A DNA stretch of 64,000 nt from the human T2T-CHM13v2.0 reference genome, Homo sapiens: the NCBI RefSeq assembly GCF_009914755.1, contig NC_060928.1, one strand, 5' to 3'. The translations under genes were made by a program, and so were the position numbers. Below the pieces are notes generated by a model. It made no database searches. It worked only from the letters and a program-made list of their open reading frames with translations, and was not told the origin of the DNA. This document shows positions 25,319 through 40,429 of this stretch, in pieces (position 1 is the stretch's first letter; every line of letters begins with the position of its first letter).

Positions 25319-28151
25319 AAATGAAGGCTTAAAATTGACGTTGGGATTTAGCAGCATGGAGATCTTGGGCCATCTTGACAAAAGTGTTTTCTGTGGAATG
25401 GTGATGATAAAACTTTCATTGGATTTAAAGGAGATGAGAGTAGAACATTTAGAAACATCCAGCATAGGCAAGCCCTTTAAGGAGTTTTCCTAAAAAACAG
25501 TGAATAAAATAAAGAAAGTAAAATAAAATAAAACAAAAAAGAGGGTGTAGCTGATAGGGAAATCAAGGAAAAGCCCCCTTTCCTTGCCTTTTTTTTTTTT
25601 TTTAAAGATAGAAGTAATAACTACATGCTTGGGATCATGGGAATGAGTCCATAGGGGCCAAAAATAAATGATAATATAGAGCATAAAATTGCTGGTAGCA
25701 AAATATGACAATGCAATTTGGGGGATTTGAAAGCGTATGTCTAAAATACATATTTAAATTAACAAGTAACAAAGTAATGTCTACTCTAATTCACCCTTTT
25801 CCTTTGCATCCCATTCAAAATTCTGACCCACTTAAAAATGATACCAGATAAGTATTTGTTTCTTATCTGATTAAAACAATTAGTACTAAAATATGTATCA
25901 GGCTGAACATCCCACCTAAAGTCCATATTATTTGTACAGATTTGCAATAAAATGAATCTCTAATTGGAAGATATTTTCGAGTGGCATTTTCTGACCACTC
26001 GAGACATGACTCATTCCATATTTAGTTTTTCAGAGAGTAAGTAGGTTGAATCAGCATTATTATCCACAGTCAAAATGCCCCAAAGTCAATCGTAGATCCC
26101 AGAGATGTACAAAAAAACTTTAATGTGAAAACAAGGTCACACTTCTCCACCACACCTAGGGCTAAACCCATTTCCACCTGTAAGTGATGCAGAGCACAGT
26201 CATCAGAGTCTATTTCCACAAAACAATAGTCTCTTTGTAACACCGAGGAGTCAGGCTGAAAACAGAAGTTCGGTGCTTTAGAATGAAGAATGCTCTGGCT
26301 TGGGCACAGATTTAGACAGTTGGATTCAGATGCTGCTTACTGAAGAACTCTCTTTTGGTGAAGCAAAACATCTTCAATCCAGAAGTATGTTTAGCCTCTA
26401 ACGTGATCTTCTTGCTGTGCCCATGAAAACCTACTGGACTCTGAGCCAGACTTGCCTGATCCTGCCCTATATGCACATGTATAAAATGGTGGTCCTTTTC
26501 TCCTTCTGTCTGAATCACATTGCTGTACTATGCATTGATTCACCCTACCCACGAAAAGAGTTGAAGTGAAAAAAGAACCCCAAGCAAAACTTTGTCTGGC
26601 TGACTATGCCTATGGTCTGTGAGTCACTAAAAATTTTAACTATGGACTTGACCCTACTGAGCCCAGGCAAGCCCAAGAACTCCCCATCCCCACCCCATCC
26701 TCAACACAGAGACTTTCCTGAGGGACTGGAGCTAGCATAGTACATCACATTGCATAGCCACAAATCACCAATCTACCTTTGCAAAGTGTGGCCTTCTTAA
26801 GGCGTAGCATGCATATGTATAAATGCATATGTGGTATTTAACACAGGTTAATGAGATCAACCCCAAGTGAGCTTTCTGTAGGACATCATATACTGCAATT
26901 ATGATAAAGTTATGTTAAAATATAGGGACTTTCCAGGTAAATGATTAAATAAAAATGATTTTTAAAGTATTTATCCACGAGCTGCCTTCTACATATTTCT
27001 TAAGAATGTATGTGCAAAGGGTTAATATTATATGTAAGGTAGACATCTAATGGATAAATTTAAAAGCAGCTAAAAACATAGCATCCTGTGTATAACTTTC
27101 ATAATTGTACGTTCCTCCAGAGATAATGGATATGATTATCAGCAGCGCCTGTCCTAGGTAACTTGGCAAGGTTACGATTGTTTGTTACAGCTTTGGTTAT
27201 ATTAACATACACATTAATATTTATAAATATTTGATGTCATGTTAATTTTTCATATAAGATGATTTATGTAATGTTGCTGTGCCCTGTTAGAGGGCATTTG
27301 CAATATGCTTCAAAAGGGAACTGAACTGATGCATGTTCTTTAAGGGAACTTGCCTGTATATCACTGTTCTCATGATGCATTATTCTGAACAATAGTATTT
27401 CAAAATAAATTATGTGAATTGTGGATTTACTCCATTAACATTTTAAATAAAACATAAAGGAAAAGATCATGCTGAAACTATTTGCTACATTTTTAAAAGG
27501 AGCTCTGTTCTCTTGGAGCAGAACAAAGTTTACTGAAAGACTCTTTTTCAAAAATGGAGTTATCAAGCAAGCAATGGTTTTGCAATTTTGTTTTCAATGT
27601 ATAGTCTATATAGCATGCAAACTAGCATATTCAGAAAAGTATATAAACTTGAGATAAAAAAGTCATAATATTCTTGTTTTCATTTGTCAATTTTCTTTTG
27701 CTAAAGTATATTTTACTGTGATGATCAAATTTAGACATTAAGAGAATTAAATATAAATTCAGCAGGATGTGTATAATAAATAAATCAAAAAGTTATTAAA
27801 TGAATATTTGCTTTAGGTGAAAAAAAATTTCTTTATAGGAAGTTTAATAGGTTTGTTTAGTATTATAGTACTACTTTATAATATAGTTCATTGGTCCACA
27901 TTACCAAATAATATTATTAATGATGTTTCACTTTTTTTGTTGTTTTGGTCAAAAGGATAAAATATTTTATGTAAAATCTGTGGAAAAAAACGCAGAAACC
28001 CTATTTTATATGGTAATCCATTTTCCAATTTTAATGGATGTTATCTTATCCTTTTTTTTTCTATGTAGGCATTTTTTTTGAGTATCTTCTTGTAGTTATG
28101 CTATTAGCATATGAACTATTAATAAAATTTGAGTTTTGTACTTGTTTCTTT

Positions 28152-28324
28152 CTTTCTTTTCTTATTTTTTACTTTTTTAAGAGACGGGTCTTGCTATGTT
28201 GCCCAGGTTGGTCTTTAACTCCTGCACTCAAGTGATCCTCCCACTACAGCTTCCCAAAGTGCTGGGATTACAAACATGAGCTACTGATGCTGGGATTACA
28301 GGCTTCAGCCACCAGCGCCTGGCC
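28152..28324 (-). mobile_element. FLAM_C-like Alu monomer with 15-bp TSD and a small internal duplication
   Basis: TSD tgtacttgtttcttt at 28137 and 28325; gctgggattaca occurs twice. Confidence 0.88.
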
Positions 28325-31300
28325 TGTACTTGTTTCTTTTCAACAGTTTTAACTAGTGCTTCTATTGTTCCTTTTTCCCTATTAAGATTCAAGTTTTCTT
28401 TAAGGTGAACAATTCCTTATTAACTTACTGTTCTTTTCTTCGTGTCCCTAAAATGACACATCATCCTGCGGTATAACACTAAGAACGAAGTTAGTAAATT
28501 TGAGAATTTTGGAAATCCTCATTTAAAATACACAACTGGAATTGAATATTTTCTCCTAAATTTATCATTAAATAGGTAATAATTGTTACTTTTCATTTCA
28601 TCACTGGCACTGTATTAAACCCTGAAACAACTCAAAAAATCAACTTCAGAAATTACCTTTGATTTGACATTACAGAAGTTGGTTTGTTATTACTATCCAG
28701 TTTCACAACATTGACAATTAACTTGAGCAAAATGTAATAGACTTTTTTCTCTCATATTTTTCATACTCAAATTAATTCTGTCATCACAATTATTCACATT
28801 CCAAAAAAATTTAAAGCAGGTCACGAGGGAAGAAAATGCCTTAATTTGAGGCCACGCAGAAAGATCTGTGGCAACAAAGCATGGGAAAAGGCGGGAATAG
28901 GGTTACATCCTGAAGCAACAGACAGCTAGCGCTGTGCAAAGTATATGACTATTAAGTCGTTTTAAATTCACATAATATCATCTGAAAAAATGTTGCTAAT
29001 GCACATAGTCACAAACAGCAGTCAGCAGTAGATAGATTGTGTTAAGTATAAATGATTTGAATTACTACCTACATATATTTAGCTTAGAATATTTATAATA
29101 CATACATGGAAATCTATATCTCATAATATATAATAAAAGGAGAAGGAAAATGTGAGAAACCTGGTATTTTTAGAGTATCACAAATCTGTGTTGTCAAATA
29201 TGAATCAATTTACTCTTCAGAATTCCTGCTTCCTGAATGAAGAAGAATCAAATTTAGAAGGCGTAGTATTATATATGATCAAAATGTTACAAAGCATAGT
29301 AACTGAAATTATTAAACATATCAGCAGAACCACCTGGCTTGAAAGACTATAATAGATCACCCATCAAGAAAAAAACAGAAATTAAAAGCTTTAGGTGTCG
29401 AAGGATAGGTAATTAGGAAAGGATAATCAAAGAGTGGATTCCACAAAAAGGTTAGTGCTGTACTTTTTGTTGCTGAAATCAGCCTTTTGGCAATTGATAT
29501 ATAAGTAATCAAATTAAAAGTTTTCCATCTTACACTGATTCTTTTATAGGTAAAAGTATGCATTAGGTAAATAATAAATTAAGAAAAAGAAGGTCAATGT
29601 TCAATTGCAGTGTTTTAAAAGCATCTTCCTTAAGATTATAAGCACCCAAGAGACAATTAGCTTAAAACTATAACACTATAGTAGGAGAAAGAGATCTAGA
29701 TACACAGACACACATACATACACAAATACATAAGTATATGTGAGGGTATCTCCAAATACAGTATACAAATCTATATTGAGTTGGCTACTATTGTTCTTAC
29801 TGTAAAGTTTCTAATGTAGTCATAAAATTACAAGGAAGTTAAAACGTCAGAATAGTTTACCACTCCAAATTAGATTGTGATATTTTATCTAAATCTAGGC
29901 AAAGCCAACTCTTTTTAAAAATACTCTTCAGGGAGAGGGTAGTCTCAGATATCATAACTACAAAAATAATGTGCAATTTAATTTAAATCTAGATTTTTAT
30001 ATTTAGAGACAATTTAGTTATCGAGTTAAAGAAATTATGACATTTCTAAATAAAGGTTTTACTGAATTAAAATACTATACGGCAAAGTAATTTGTATAGG
30101 TGAACGTGACACAAATTCCATTAGTGGTATTGTCACCAAAATTTGATATCTAAAAAGAAAACTCATAGCAGATCAATACTAGTAAGATAAATGGATCAAA
30201 CTTACACACATACAAATCACATTTCTTTTTATAGCTGATTAATACTTAGCAATACATAATTAACAGTTACAAAAACATTGTACTATGTGTTTAAGTGACA
30301 GTGCAATAAATTAAGGCTTCACATCAAACCCCATGTAGGCCACTTATGGAGGTGTCTACTTCCCTAGTCAGAGACGTTACCCTCAGTCAGTGTGCACATT
30401 TTCATTACCAAGTAAAAGAAGTAGTTGTTGAATGAACTGGAATGGCTCAACATAACATATTACCACAAGAAGAAAAGAACCATTTATAAATCCTGATCCT
30501 GTATGCCGTTTTTTTTTTTCATCTTTGGATCTGGACAGTTGGTATTAGATAAATGTTTAAGACAAAGCCGAACGATTTTAGCATCATTTCACACAAATCA
30601 TTACATTATATTTATTTTGAATTTTTCCTACGTAAGCTGAACTAGAAGAAAATAATTGGTTAGATAAATGAAAGATATTAATAATAAACTCTAACCCTCT
30701 AAAGTTTAAATTCTATCTCATTTGATTCTCTTAATATCTTAAGAGAAGCAGATAGAGGACTATTACTTCTTGTGTGGCAGATTTAACCCCAGGATGACAT
30801 GAAATTGTTATTTGATAACAGTTCAGTTTGTTGGTGATAATGGTGACCCTTGGTGTTTCAAGTGGGTTTTTGGCCAAGTCATCTGCACAAGTGAATCTAA
30901 ACTAATTATTTCAATAGACCTTTCTTATATAAACTGTGTTAACGTAAACACTGTAGAAACTCTAAATGTAGTGGGGGAGGTTGGGGTGTGCAGAACAGAC
31001 AAAGAGATTGCTTTCTACAATTTAACCCTGAACATATGGCATGTCCATACATGTAAAATTAATGTGCCCAGTACAAGCAATCATTTCATAGTTTATCAGT
31101 GATTGCAGATCACAGCAAAATACGTTTCGCCACACTACTATGGATCTGTTAGAAGATAAACCTAAATGGATAAAATGAGCTCAGGTCATAGTTCATTTTT
31201 CTTTCTGTTTATGACTATGAATTTTTTATTTTACCAAGTCTTTTGTTAAATCAAAAACCTCACCCACGATTAGCATTGATTTATTTTATGTTCATTTTAG

Positions 31301-32015
31301 ATTTGATATTAGCGTTTTTATCATGAATATATCATATCCATAAAGAGGCAAAGATACTGGGTTTACCTTCTGCTCTGGTTTCAGTTATTTATTTTAAATG
31401 CTGTCTGTAGGAAGAGTTAAGGGTAACCATTTTAGGGTTAATCTGTCACTGCATGATTAAGTATGAAAGGAAACCATTCAAAAGTCACAAGAATGAAATG
31501 TAACAGAATACACAAGGGGTCAATAAGGATGTGTATTTTTCCTTCCACTGTGATCTACTGCTATTCAGAACAATTGATTAGACAGGTTCATTATTGTTTT
31601 GCAACCACACATAAACCATTATTATCTGCCATTCACTCCCTAAGGTGTTCTAGTGGACAGTTTTTCAATGATTTGTAATTTCAAATAGCAGCAAACTTAC
31701 AATTCACCTTGTTTAACTTCCCTGGTCTTTCAAAGAGGATTACCAACTTCTACAAGCTAAACATTGGAGCAGTTACAGCCTTCCTGGAAATTTTTTATCA
31801 GGCTGGCAAATGTTTATCATCCCTGAACTATACTCAGTCCTTAAAACAGTGATTTTACTTTATCCTGAATAGATGAATAATGGAGGAGGGAACCACCCTT
31901 CTGGAGCTGAAATCTTCTGTAAGTCTAGCCTTCAACCATCATTCAAAAATATGTGCTGAGGTTTGCAGTAATGTTATTTAGAGAAATTGGTAAATGAATT
32001 ATAAAATGGGTTATA

Positions 32016-32317
32016 GGCCGGGCGCAGTGGCTCATGCCTATAATCCCAGCACTTTGGGAGGCTGAGGCGGGTGGATCACGAGGTCAGGAGTTCAAGACCA
32101 ACATGGCCAACATGGTGAAACCCCGTCTCTACTAAAAAAAAACCAACAAAAATTAGCCAGACCTGGTTGTGAGTGCCTGTAATCCCAGCTACTTGGGAGG
32201 CTGAGGCAGAGAATTGCTTGAACTTGGGAGGTGGAGGTTGCAGTGAGCTGAGATCACACCACTGCACTCACTGCCACAGCCTGGGCAACAGAGCGAGAAT
32301 CTGTCTCAAAAAAAAAA
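32016..32317 (+). mobile_element. AluS SINE
   Basis: ggccgggcgcagtggctca...ggatcacgaggtcaggagttcaagacca...poly(A). Confidence 0.95.
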
Positions 32318-32642
32318 GTGTTATATTAGGAGCAATTTTCCTGTAAATCTGTACAACATATAAAACAAAGGAAGATGAGTAAAGTTGCTTGGAACAGGAC
32401 CTAAAGTTTTGTCAAGTTCAATTTTTTTCATATTATAAAATGACTTTTCTCAAAAGCAGACTCAAGCAATAAAGTATTTTCTTTGTGGAATTCACATTGG
32501 CGTGTATATGTGTTCTTAAGAGGCATTGCTCTTTCATTAAACTCTAGTTCATAGTTCTGTGTGTGTGTAAGATTTTATATGGGTGTGACTAACATGATCA
32601 GAGCAGGTTCTATTCCTCCTAGAAATATGTGTCATTCTTAGT

Positions 32643-32820
32643 GTTTGGGCTCTGGAAAAAGTGTAATTAATCCTGGCTCTTCTACTTACATTGGGCAAAT
32701 TACTTACTTTTCAATGTACTGATCTTTAAAATGAGGAAAATAATAGTAACGACTTGTGAAGTTGTTATGAGGACCACATGAGACAATGTATGCTATGTGG
32801 TGGGCACGTTGTCTGCAAGA
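32643..32820 (+). mobile_element. MIR SINE
   Basis: aatcctggctcttctacttac...ttgggcaaattactta...taaaatgaggaaaataatagta...gttgttatgagga. Confidence 0.7.
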
Positions 32821-33696
32821 AAACATGCGTGTAGGCCAGGCGAGTCAGGAGGAGGAGGGAAAATAGGATGCAGACCAGGTAATTGCAGTAGTCAAGACAA
32901 CATCAAAAGAAAGACTTGTTTTTATGCTTTTCCCACTACTTATCATAAGGACTTTAAATCTGCAATATAAGAGAAAACAGGGTCACGTCCTTAAGTGTAA
33001 TCACAGTACTTTGTTAAAAGTCACATCCTTCAGAGACAAGTCATTGCAAAAGAAGGAAGTGAAGATGGCAGGATAGTGATAATGCTTTATGTTAAAAATT
33101 GAAGGGCTTTCGGCATGAGCAATGCTTATGAAAACCATCCTAGAAATAGCATGGGATGCTGACCTGTCAATGCCTAGCTTCCAAATAAAGCTCTTCATTT
33201 TTTTTGATATATTTATTCGGGATTTCTATTAAAGGCTACACAAGTTGAGTTAGTTTCTATTCCATTTCACAAGAGCATTCTTTAATTTCTGATAATAAAT
33301 AGAACTAATACATATTTAAAGGTTCATCCCAAAATTTATATAATTTTAGAATCGTATATAAAATATTAAACAAGATAGCCAGCAAAAATTTGTACACAGT
33401 GTTCCAACTATTAAAATACATAGAAAATGCCATCTCAGTTTATAACATTGATTTTACGACTCTTAGAAAATATAATCCAAAATTGAATTTTGAAGTGTCA
33501 CTGAATTTTCAGCTGGAATTTCTTCTGGTAGATACTCTCACCCTCTTCGTTTTGTGAATTTTGATTTCTTTCTTAAATGGGACTGTGTCAGTTCTGAAAA
33601 TAATTCAATGACAGTTTTTTGCAACAACTTCTTTTTAATAGGGAAATGTTAAAACTGAAATATATATTTACTTTATGAAAAATATTTAACCCAGGG

Positions 33697-33889
33697 CAAT
33701 ATTTCTCAAACTTCCCTTTGAGTAAGAATGTTCTGGAAGACTTGTTTAACATGCTAATTTATTGGTCCTATCCTTGGGGATTCTGATTCCCTATAGCTGA
33801 AATAGGGCCCAGAAACGTATATGTTCTCAAGAACCCTCAGGTGATTCTGCTTACAGGGGGTCTAAAGGCAACAATTAGAAAATCATTGG
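33697..33889. mobile_element. MER5-type MITE
   Basis: tttctcaaactt...gattctgattc...gggcccagaa...caggtgattctg. Confidence 0.6.
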
Positions 33890-34743
33890 TCCAGGGTTAC
33901 CATAGATAGTTAGAGCATATTTGTCATCAAGATAATCTTCAAATTTCAATAAGGAACCTCTTTATTATCAACATTATTCCAAAAGGTAGTAAAGGTTGAT
34001 TTCTAATAAGTTTGAAAATAAATATTGCCTGTACCATGGCCTGATTTAAATCTAGTTTCTAAGTCACACTGTAAACTCTTGAGGCAAGATTCTAGTACTC
34101 ACTGATCAGTGTAAATAGAGACTGAAGATAAATGCAGAGCTCCATTAAGCCAGGACTCTAAGCTAGGAATCTCACATGCACCCTCTCTTCCTTCCAGCAT
34201 CCTCTTAGTTTATCTTCAGTTTAAGCTTGTTCTCCCTTCTCTTTCCCCTAACTCAGATTCTCTCACTGCCAATTTCCTCCCTCTTTATAGACTCTTAGCT
34301 CATAATCTTCTCATGGCCTACTTTTTTCTCCTCCTAGATATCTTATCCAAGGATAAAAGAGGGGAAGGTGAATCCTGGTCTTTCACAGATTTTGTGGATT
34401 AAAAGTGCTGGACTTGGAGTACAGGGCTAAGAAAGAAGTGTTAGGTAAACACAGAAAGAAATTTGGATGCTTCTCTGCCCAGGCCAGATTCTTCTTTCCC
34501 CCAGTCTGCTCTAGAAATGCCTGGCTTCTTATGTTTTTCACTAAAGCAAACAAAGCCAGAGCTACGTCTTCATCAGGTAAACTAAAAATCAGATCACATG
34601 GCCCGTAGGAGCTTGCTGTATTTCAATATGACTCTTCTACTGTTTCATGGCTTTATTCCACAACTCTCTTTTCTCAGAAATGCATCACGCCACAGAGAAA
34701 ACCAAGCTCTGCTGTCTTAAGCACCAAAAATGAACCAAAGTTT

Positions 34744-35094
<351 letters not shown>

Positions 35095-38000
35095 CTAGAA
35101 GGTTGTTAGAAATATCTTTCTTTGTCTCACTTGGGACGTTTGTACCCTAAGAGTAGTGGTGTTTCTGGTGTCATCTTTAAGCAAAGAAAGAAAGAATTCC
35201 ATGACCCATGTGATGATGGCTTAGGTTTCCAGACTAAGGTAATTCACACAACTGTGGCCTAATGTACTTCTGACATCAGGATTTATGGATGAACCAGGTT
35301 TAGTCTCTTAGAAAAATCAGCTATGAGTTGAATACAGACTTGAAGTGAAAGTAAAGACGAAATATCAAAATATCAAAATCTTATGTTGTATTTTAAATTT
35401 CTAAAGTCTTAAGGAAGTTGTCTATGTCCATTTCAAATGGGTGTAACGGTCCATGACAGGCTTTGAGAAAATAGCATATGACCACGAACTTCGTCGTAAG
35501 TATGTTGTTAAGAGTGGCGGTGGTATTGATGATGTAAACATCTTTCCTCTCCTGGCATTAACAGACAGAAATGTGACTTGTAGATTCAGTTTCTCCCAAC
35601 CAACACATATGTAAGAAGAATGTGAAACTCACCTCTCTGCTTACATATCCTTAGTTGATAGTTCACAGACAAGAAGTTTTGTGAGACTGAACCCTAAATG
35701 ATCTGTTAATGATTTGGGATTTTAAACAGTTTGCTCTGAAAGCTGGTTCTTGTAATCAAGTTTGACATGAAAATAGTACTGTCATTAAATTCAAGGAAAT
35801 ACCACAGTTTAATGCTTAATCACATTAAATTTCAGATAATTTGTATGTCATGAAGCTGTATTTTGGAAACATCAGTTGGAGCTTTACTACTGAGCAGACC
35901 ATATATCTACATAGACTCTTAGTCTCAGAGCACTACAGTATCAAGTTGTAGTTTTGGAAAGCTGGTATGGAAAAAAAAAACACCTGTTTATTAATTGCAT
36001 TGAAATGTTTTAGGGAATACCTCCATGTAATTAAAGTGGCAATGATAATGAATAATAGGGCTACAATTACTTTCTTCTAGAACCAGCTTCTTTCTTTCAA
36101 GGGAAAAATTCTTGCCCCGTCACTTGCCTCATGAATTTCCAGGAGTGTTCCTTGCCTCTGATTTGAAGCATGCTATTGTTGTTCTTTTTTCAAGCAGTTC
36201 TGATTCTTTGTCCTACACATTTTTGTGTATAGATGTTGTCTGGGTGATGGAAGGGTAGAGATTAAACTGAATTTCTTGCAGGGTCAGTTTACATAGTGAG
36301 TTCTGAAAGGGCTGGGTGGAAGATTTACATTTTCAAGCAAAATCATTGAAATTACGGTGAGTAAAACATATGATAAGGATATTAACACATACCTAATAGG
36401 TCACCCATACTCACGTGGGAGTTTTAGTACTTCTTAGTAATTCCATTTACTTGACACAAATGGTTTTGGCTGATTGCTCTAACCTATCACCATACCTTGA
36501 GCAAAACAACTGATGTCATTCAATAAGGAGTTAGGATCCATTAAAGAGAAGCCCATTATAACAGCTTATACAATCTACAATGCAAATGAGAACACTGTTT
36601 CAACATAAGATGAAAAAGGCATTCTGAAAGAGGCTAAAGTATTTTCTAAATTTTAAAAAAGAGCTAGTCTTGACGCCTAAGATTTCTTAAATATTTTTCA
36701 AAGTGTCAACTCAGAATTGTGGAATCTGTCTTTTGTCTTCCCACTGTAAGGATTCAAACTTCTCATAATGCACAGAAAGATCTCCAGTCAGGATCCCCCC
36801 CCACCCAATACAACGTTGTGTTAAACTTCATCCAATTGTCCAGCTAATTCTTGTGCTTCTCCAATTTTACTGGATATGATGTTTTTATTGGGGTTCATGG
36901 AAGCATGGCTAATGACATCAGCAAGCTTTGTAATTTCTCACTGCCAGTTTTCTACACAACTTACACTTTTGTCACTCAAACTGCACCAAATTGCTCCAAC
37001 AATTAATCTTAAAGCGCAGGAGTAGGGGGACTTTTAAATGGACCCCTTCTTGGGATTTTGTGTTAAAAACAGGAAAGTTCCCATGAGTGAAGGGGATAAG
37101 TTAGCTTTTCCAGCCTCTGCCTCTCCCCAAGTCTCACTCTTCTCTGCCACCCCCCCCGCCCCAAAAGGAATGAATTACATTTCTCTTCTTGTCCTTTAAA
37201 TGAATAGCATAGTTTGGGTGAAATTATCAGGCAATTGCATGCCTTTTATGCAGATAATGCTATTTGATGAAAGCGGTGTTTTGATCTGCTAAGGATAATA
37301 CAGATCCAGGGTTGGATTCATTGGTGAGAGTAAAGCTGTCTTCTGTGATAACTTCATCTCAGCATGAGGTCAGACGGGGAAAACTGGGATGGGGGATTAA
37401 AAAATGACACAGTCGGAGCAGTATTCAGTTCCCTGCTGTGCTCCTGGCTGCACACTATAGCTTATGTTTCTGATCTGTTATGGTATTGTCTGCCTTTCTC
37501 TCTCGGAGCAGAAAGAGATTGCTTAAAACTTTTCTTTTTTCAGCTAGAGGGATTAGTTCTGTGCAGCTTTTTTAATTAAAGAAACTGTATCTTTTTCAAG
37601 GCAATTTAAAGCTGCAAGGGAAGACCCATCAACATCCATAACTTAGTACTATTATCTGTAACAAAGTCTAAGCTCTAAATTTGATATTCAGAAATAGGGG
37701 AAAGGAGCTATAGAATTCTGTTGTATTCTTAACCTTCAGTGGTTGCTCAAATCCCTAAATGAAGAATAGTAAATAAATTATTTTGTGTAAGTCCTGAATA
37801 TGTTTCTATAAGTAGTAACTTTCAGCCTCTTTGCTTTTTAGCCTAGCTGAGCTTGCTTAATTAAATCTTCATGATGATAGCGAAGTGCACTTTCAAATGG
37901 TGTAAGAGGAAATAGATTTGACTATATATCCTTTTCTTTACCCAGAGATCATTTTTAAACATTTCCATTCTACTGAAAGTGATAACAGTAGAAAAGGTCT

Positions 38001-38799
38001 GCTTAATATGGGCAATTTGCATTTAAACAGTGCAAAGTACAACATTATGGTACTTTATCACGACGAATCTTTGCATGTGTGATAAGCGGTCATCATCTTT
38101 ATTAATCTGAGGGAAGCATGGATTGAATCTATCCAAAGTGATGATGAATTTGTCAGGACATATACATTTGAGTTGAATTTATAGCTCAATTTAACCCAGG
38201 TTAATGTCGAAAATCCTCAAATGTTTCAAATAAGGCCCATATGGTTATCACTTTACAAAGCACACAGGCTCTGCGCTTCAGTTGCAACATACACATCTCC
38301 AACTAAATTCCATGCCAGATCAATTAGAAACAGTCCTCCTGAGCAGACAGGAACAAACAAAGATTGTTTCCCCAATACCAGCTGAACCCTTGTCTTGAAG
38401 AAATGAAAAGCAGTCATCTTAGGCTCTACACTTCTTACCACTAAAAATCCAAAGGGAATTTGGAGGACGACAGGGTTTTATAAATAATGTCATATTTAAT
38501 ATAAAAACATGAGTATCTACATGTTATAGGTGCTTGCTACAATTTGTTTCCAAATTTCGATAAACATCATATCCTACTGAAAAAGAGAAAACCAAAATTT
38601 GATCTCTTTGCCTTTTCTCATTGTTTTTGTCTTTACTTCGAATTATGGTTCTGAGAAAAGTCAACCAAGGTCAAAAGTGGTTCGTTGTAATGACCAGAAT
38701 TTTAAAACGATGTCCCATTAAAAACTTCATGGTCAGAGAAGTAGAACAGTGTACTTAAATGCATTTTCAAGGTAAATTTTATTTATGACATACCCCTGT

Positions 38800-38881
38800 T
38801 TAAAAAAGAAAGTCAGAGGGGCTAAAGACAATGAAAATATTTTATTCGTGTATCCACTCATTCGTTCAACAAACATTTATT
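38800..38881 (-). terminator. Candidate poly(A) site of the antisense transcript
   Basis: AATAAA on the - strand at 38876-38881 and 38841-38846, followed by U-rich tttctttttt (38802-38811). Cleavage expected near 38820. Confidence 0.5.
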
Positions 38882-39000
38882 GAGCAGCTCCTATATGCCA
38901 GCCCATGGGCTAGGCTTGTGTGTCCAAAGAGGCATAAGGTTGAGCCCCTACACTCCAAGAGTGCTCAGCTATTAGGAAAGACCTATGCAAAAAACAGTGC
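38851..39000 (-). mobile_element. L2 3'-terminal fragment
   Basis: cactcattcgttcaacaaacatttattgagcagctcctatatgccagcc. Confidence 0.8.
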
Positions 39001-40429
39001 CATCCTTTATTACATGCAGAAAACACAGTGGAAGCACTGCCAACGGGAGGAGAGTATCACTAATAGGTACTTTAAAAACTATGTGTTCCAGGGGCCCCGG
39101 ATGCAGAGCATTCCAGACTAAGAGGTCACCAAAGGGAGGAGAAAGAGTAGGGCACTTCTGGGAAATAAAAAGATGTTCAATTTGTCTGATACTGAATTTA
39201 GTCACTTGATACCTATATTTTTAACCTATATTTACAAGTTAACATATAAGCTGGACCCTGAAATATCTAACGGGTGTTGTTTGACTAAAAAATTGTCCTG
39301 TAGTGTCACTATTGTATCATAAACCTTGCCAGCAGCTAATGCCTACCTCGAGTACACTGTATACGCTTCTCACTGAAAAGTTGTTTATAGAAAATATGAC
39401 AGATGTTAAAAGGCACTCTATGATAACTCTTAAAAAGGTTCCAACTTTCACTGTGGAATAATGTAGCAAGTTTTAAATACGTTCACAGAGCTAAACCAAA
39501 ACCGAAAGTTCCACATGTTAAAAGACGCTGGTGTTCAAAATCCTTCGCAAAACCTGGGGTCTTTTATGAGGCTCTAGCCAAAGCAAGGGAGCCCTTGGGT
39601 GGTGCTACGCAAATGCATTTCCACCGAAGGTCGGAGCCACGCGTAAGGCCAGGTTTACACCATGGAATACAAATGAATGTACTGGAGAAGCATGGTCCCA
39701 ATTAAAGGTTGCTTCGTCTCATCACCAGTCCATTCAGTGGCTCCAAAATGCATGCACATTGAGAGAGGCTTATCTTGCTTTAATTAAGATAATGAAAGCA
39801 TGTTTTCCTCTACAAACAGTCATTGAATTTTATGACTTTGTCAGTGATCGAATTAAAATATTTGTTTTATAGTTCCCTCAATCTAACAGCCAAGGGGTAA
39901 GTTATTTTTTTGCCAGTGGGGGGAAAACCCCACCCAATAATAACTTTGTCTACTTGAGAGACTTCCATGTAAAATTTAAGTTTTAGTGTTGTTCACTGTT
40001 GCAGATTAATTGCTTGCTACCTGTGAAGGCACTTGTGTAAGGGAAACACCTCAGGTGCCTAGAATTTGGGTTTTGCTCAGTGGCTACCAGCCTTTAGCCT
40101 CTGTTCTAAAGTGGCCCATCACCTATTTGCTGTTCTCAGTTGAGACATAAGCTCCTTTTGGGCATATGTGGGTTATTGGCTTTCCTGAGCCTGAGGGGTG
40201 AGCTGGAAGGTCTCGGTACCTGAGATTTGGCTCCCCTGGTCATTTCTACCCCGTTCCTCATCGTTCCTAGGGTCTCTTGAGTGGGAGAGGTTGCAGCCGG
40301 GGCAGCAACTGGGTTTGAACCCAGCAGACAGGCCGCTCATGCCTCCGTTTGCTAAAGCAGATGTAATAAAGTCCAAACAATAGGTAAACTCCAGTGATGT
40401 CCACAAGTGTCCTTGGAGAGCCTAATACC

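Noticed and set aside
25977-26002. 8-bp stem tcgagtgg/ccactcga
   Set aside because: Stems this short are expected many times by chance in 64 kb.
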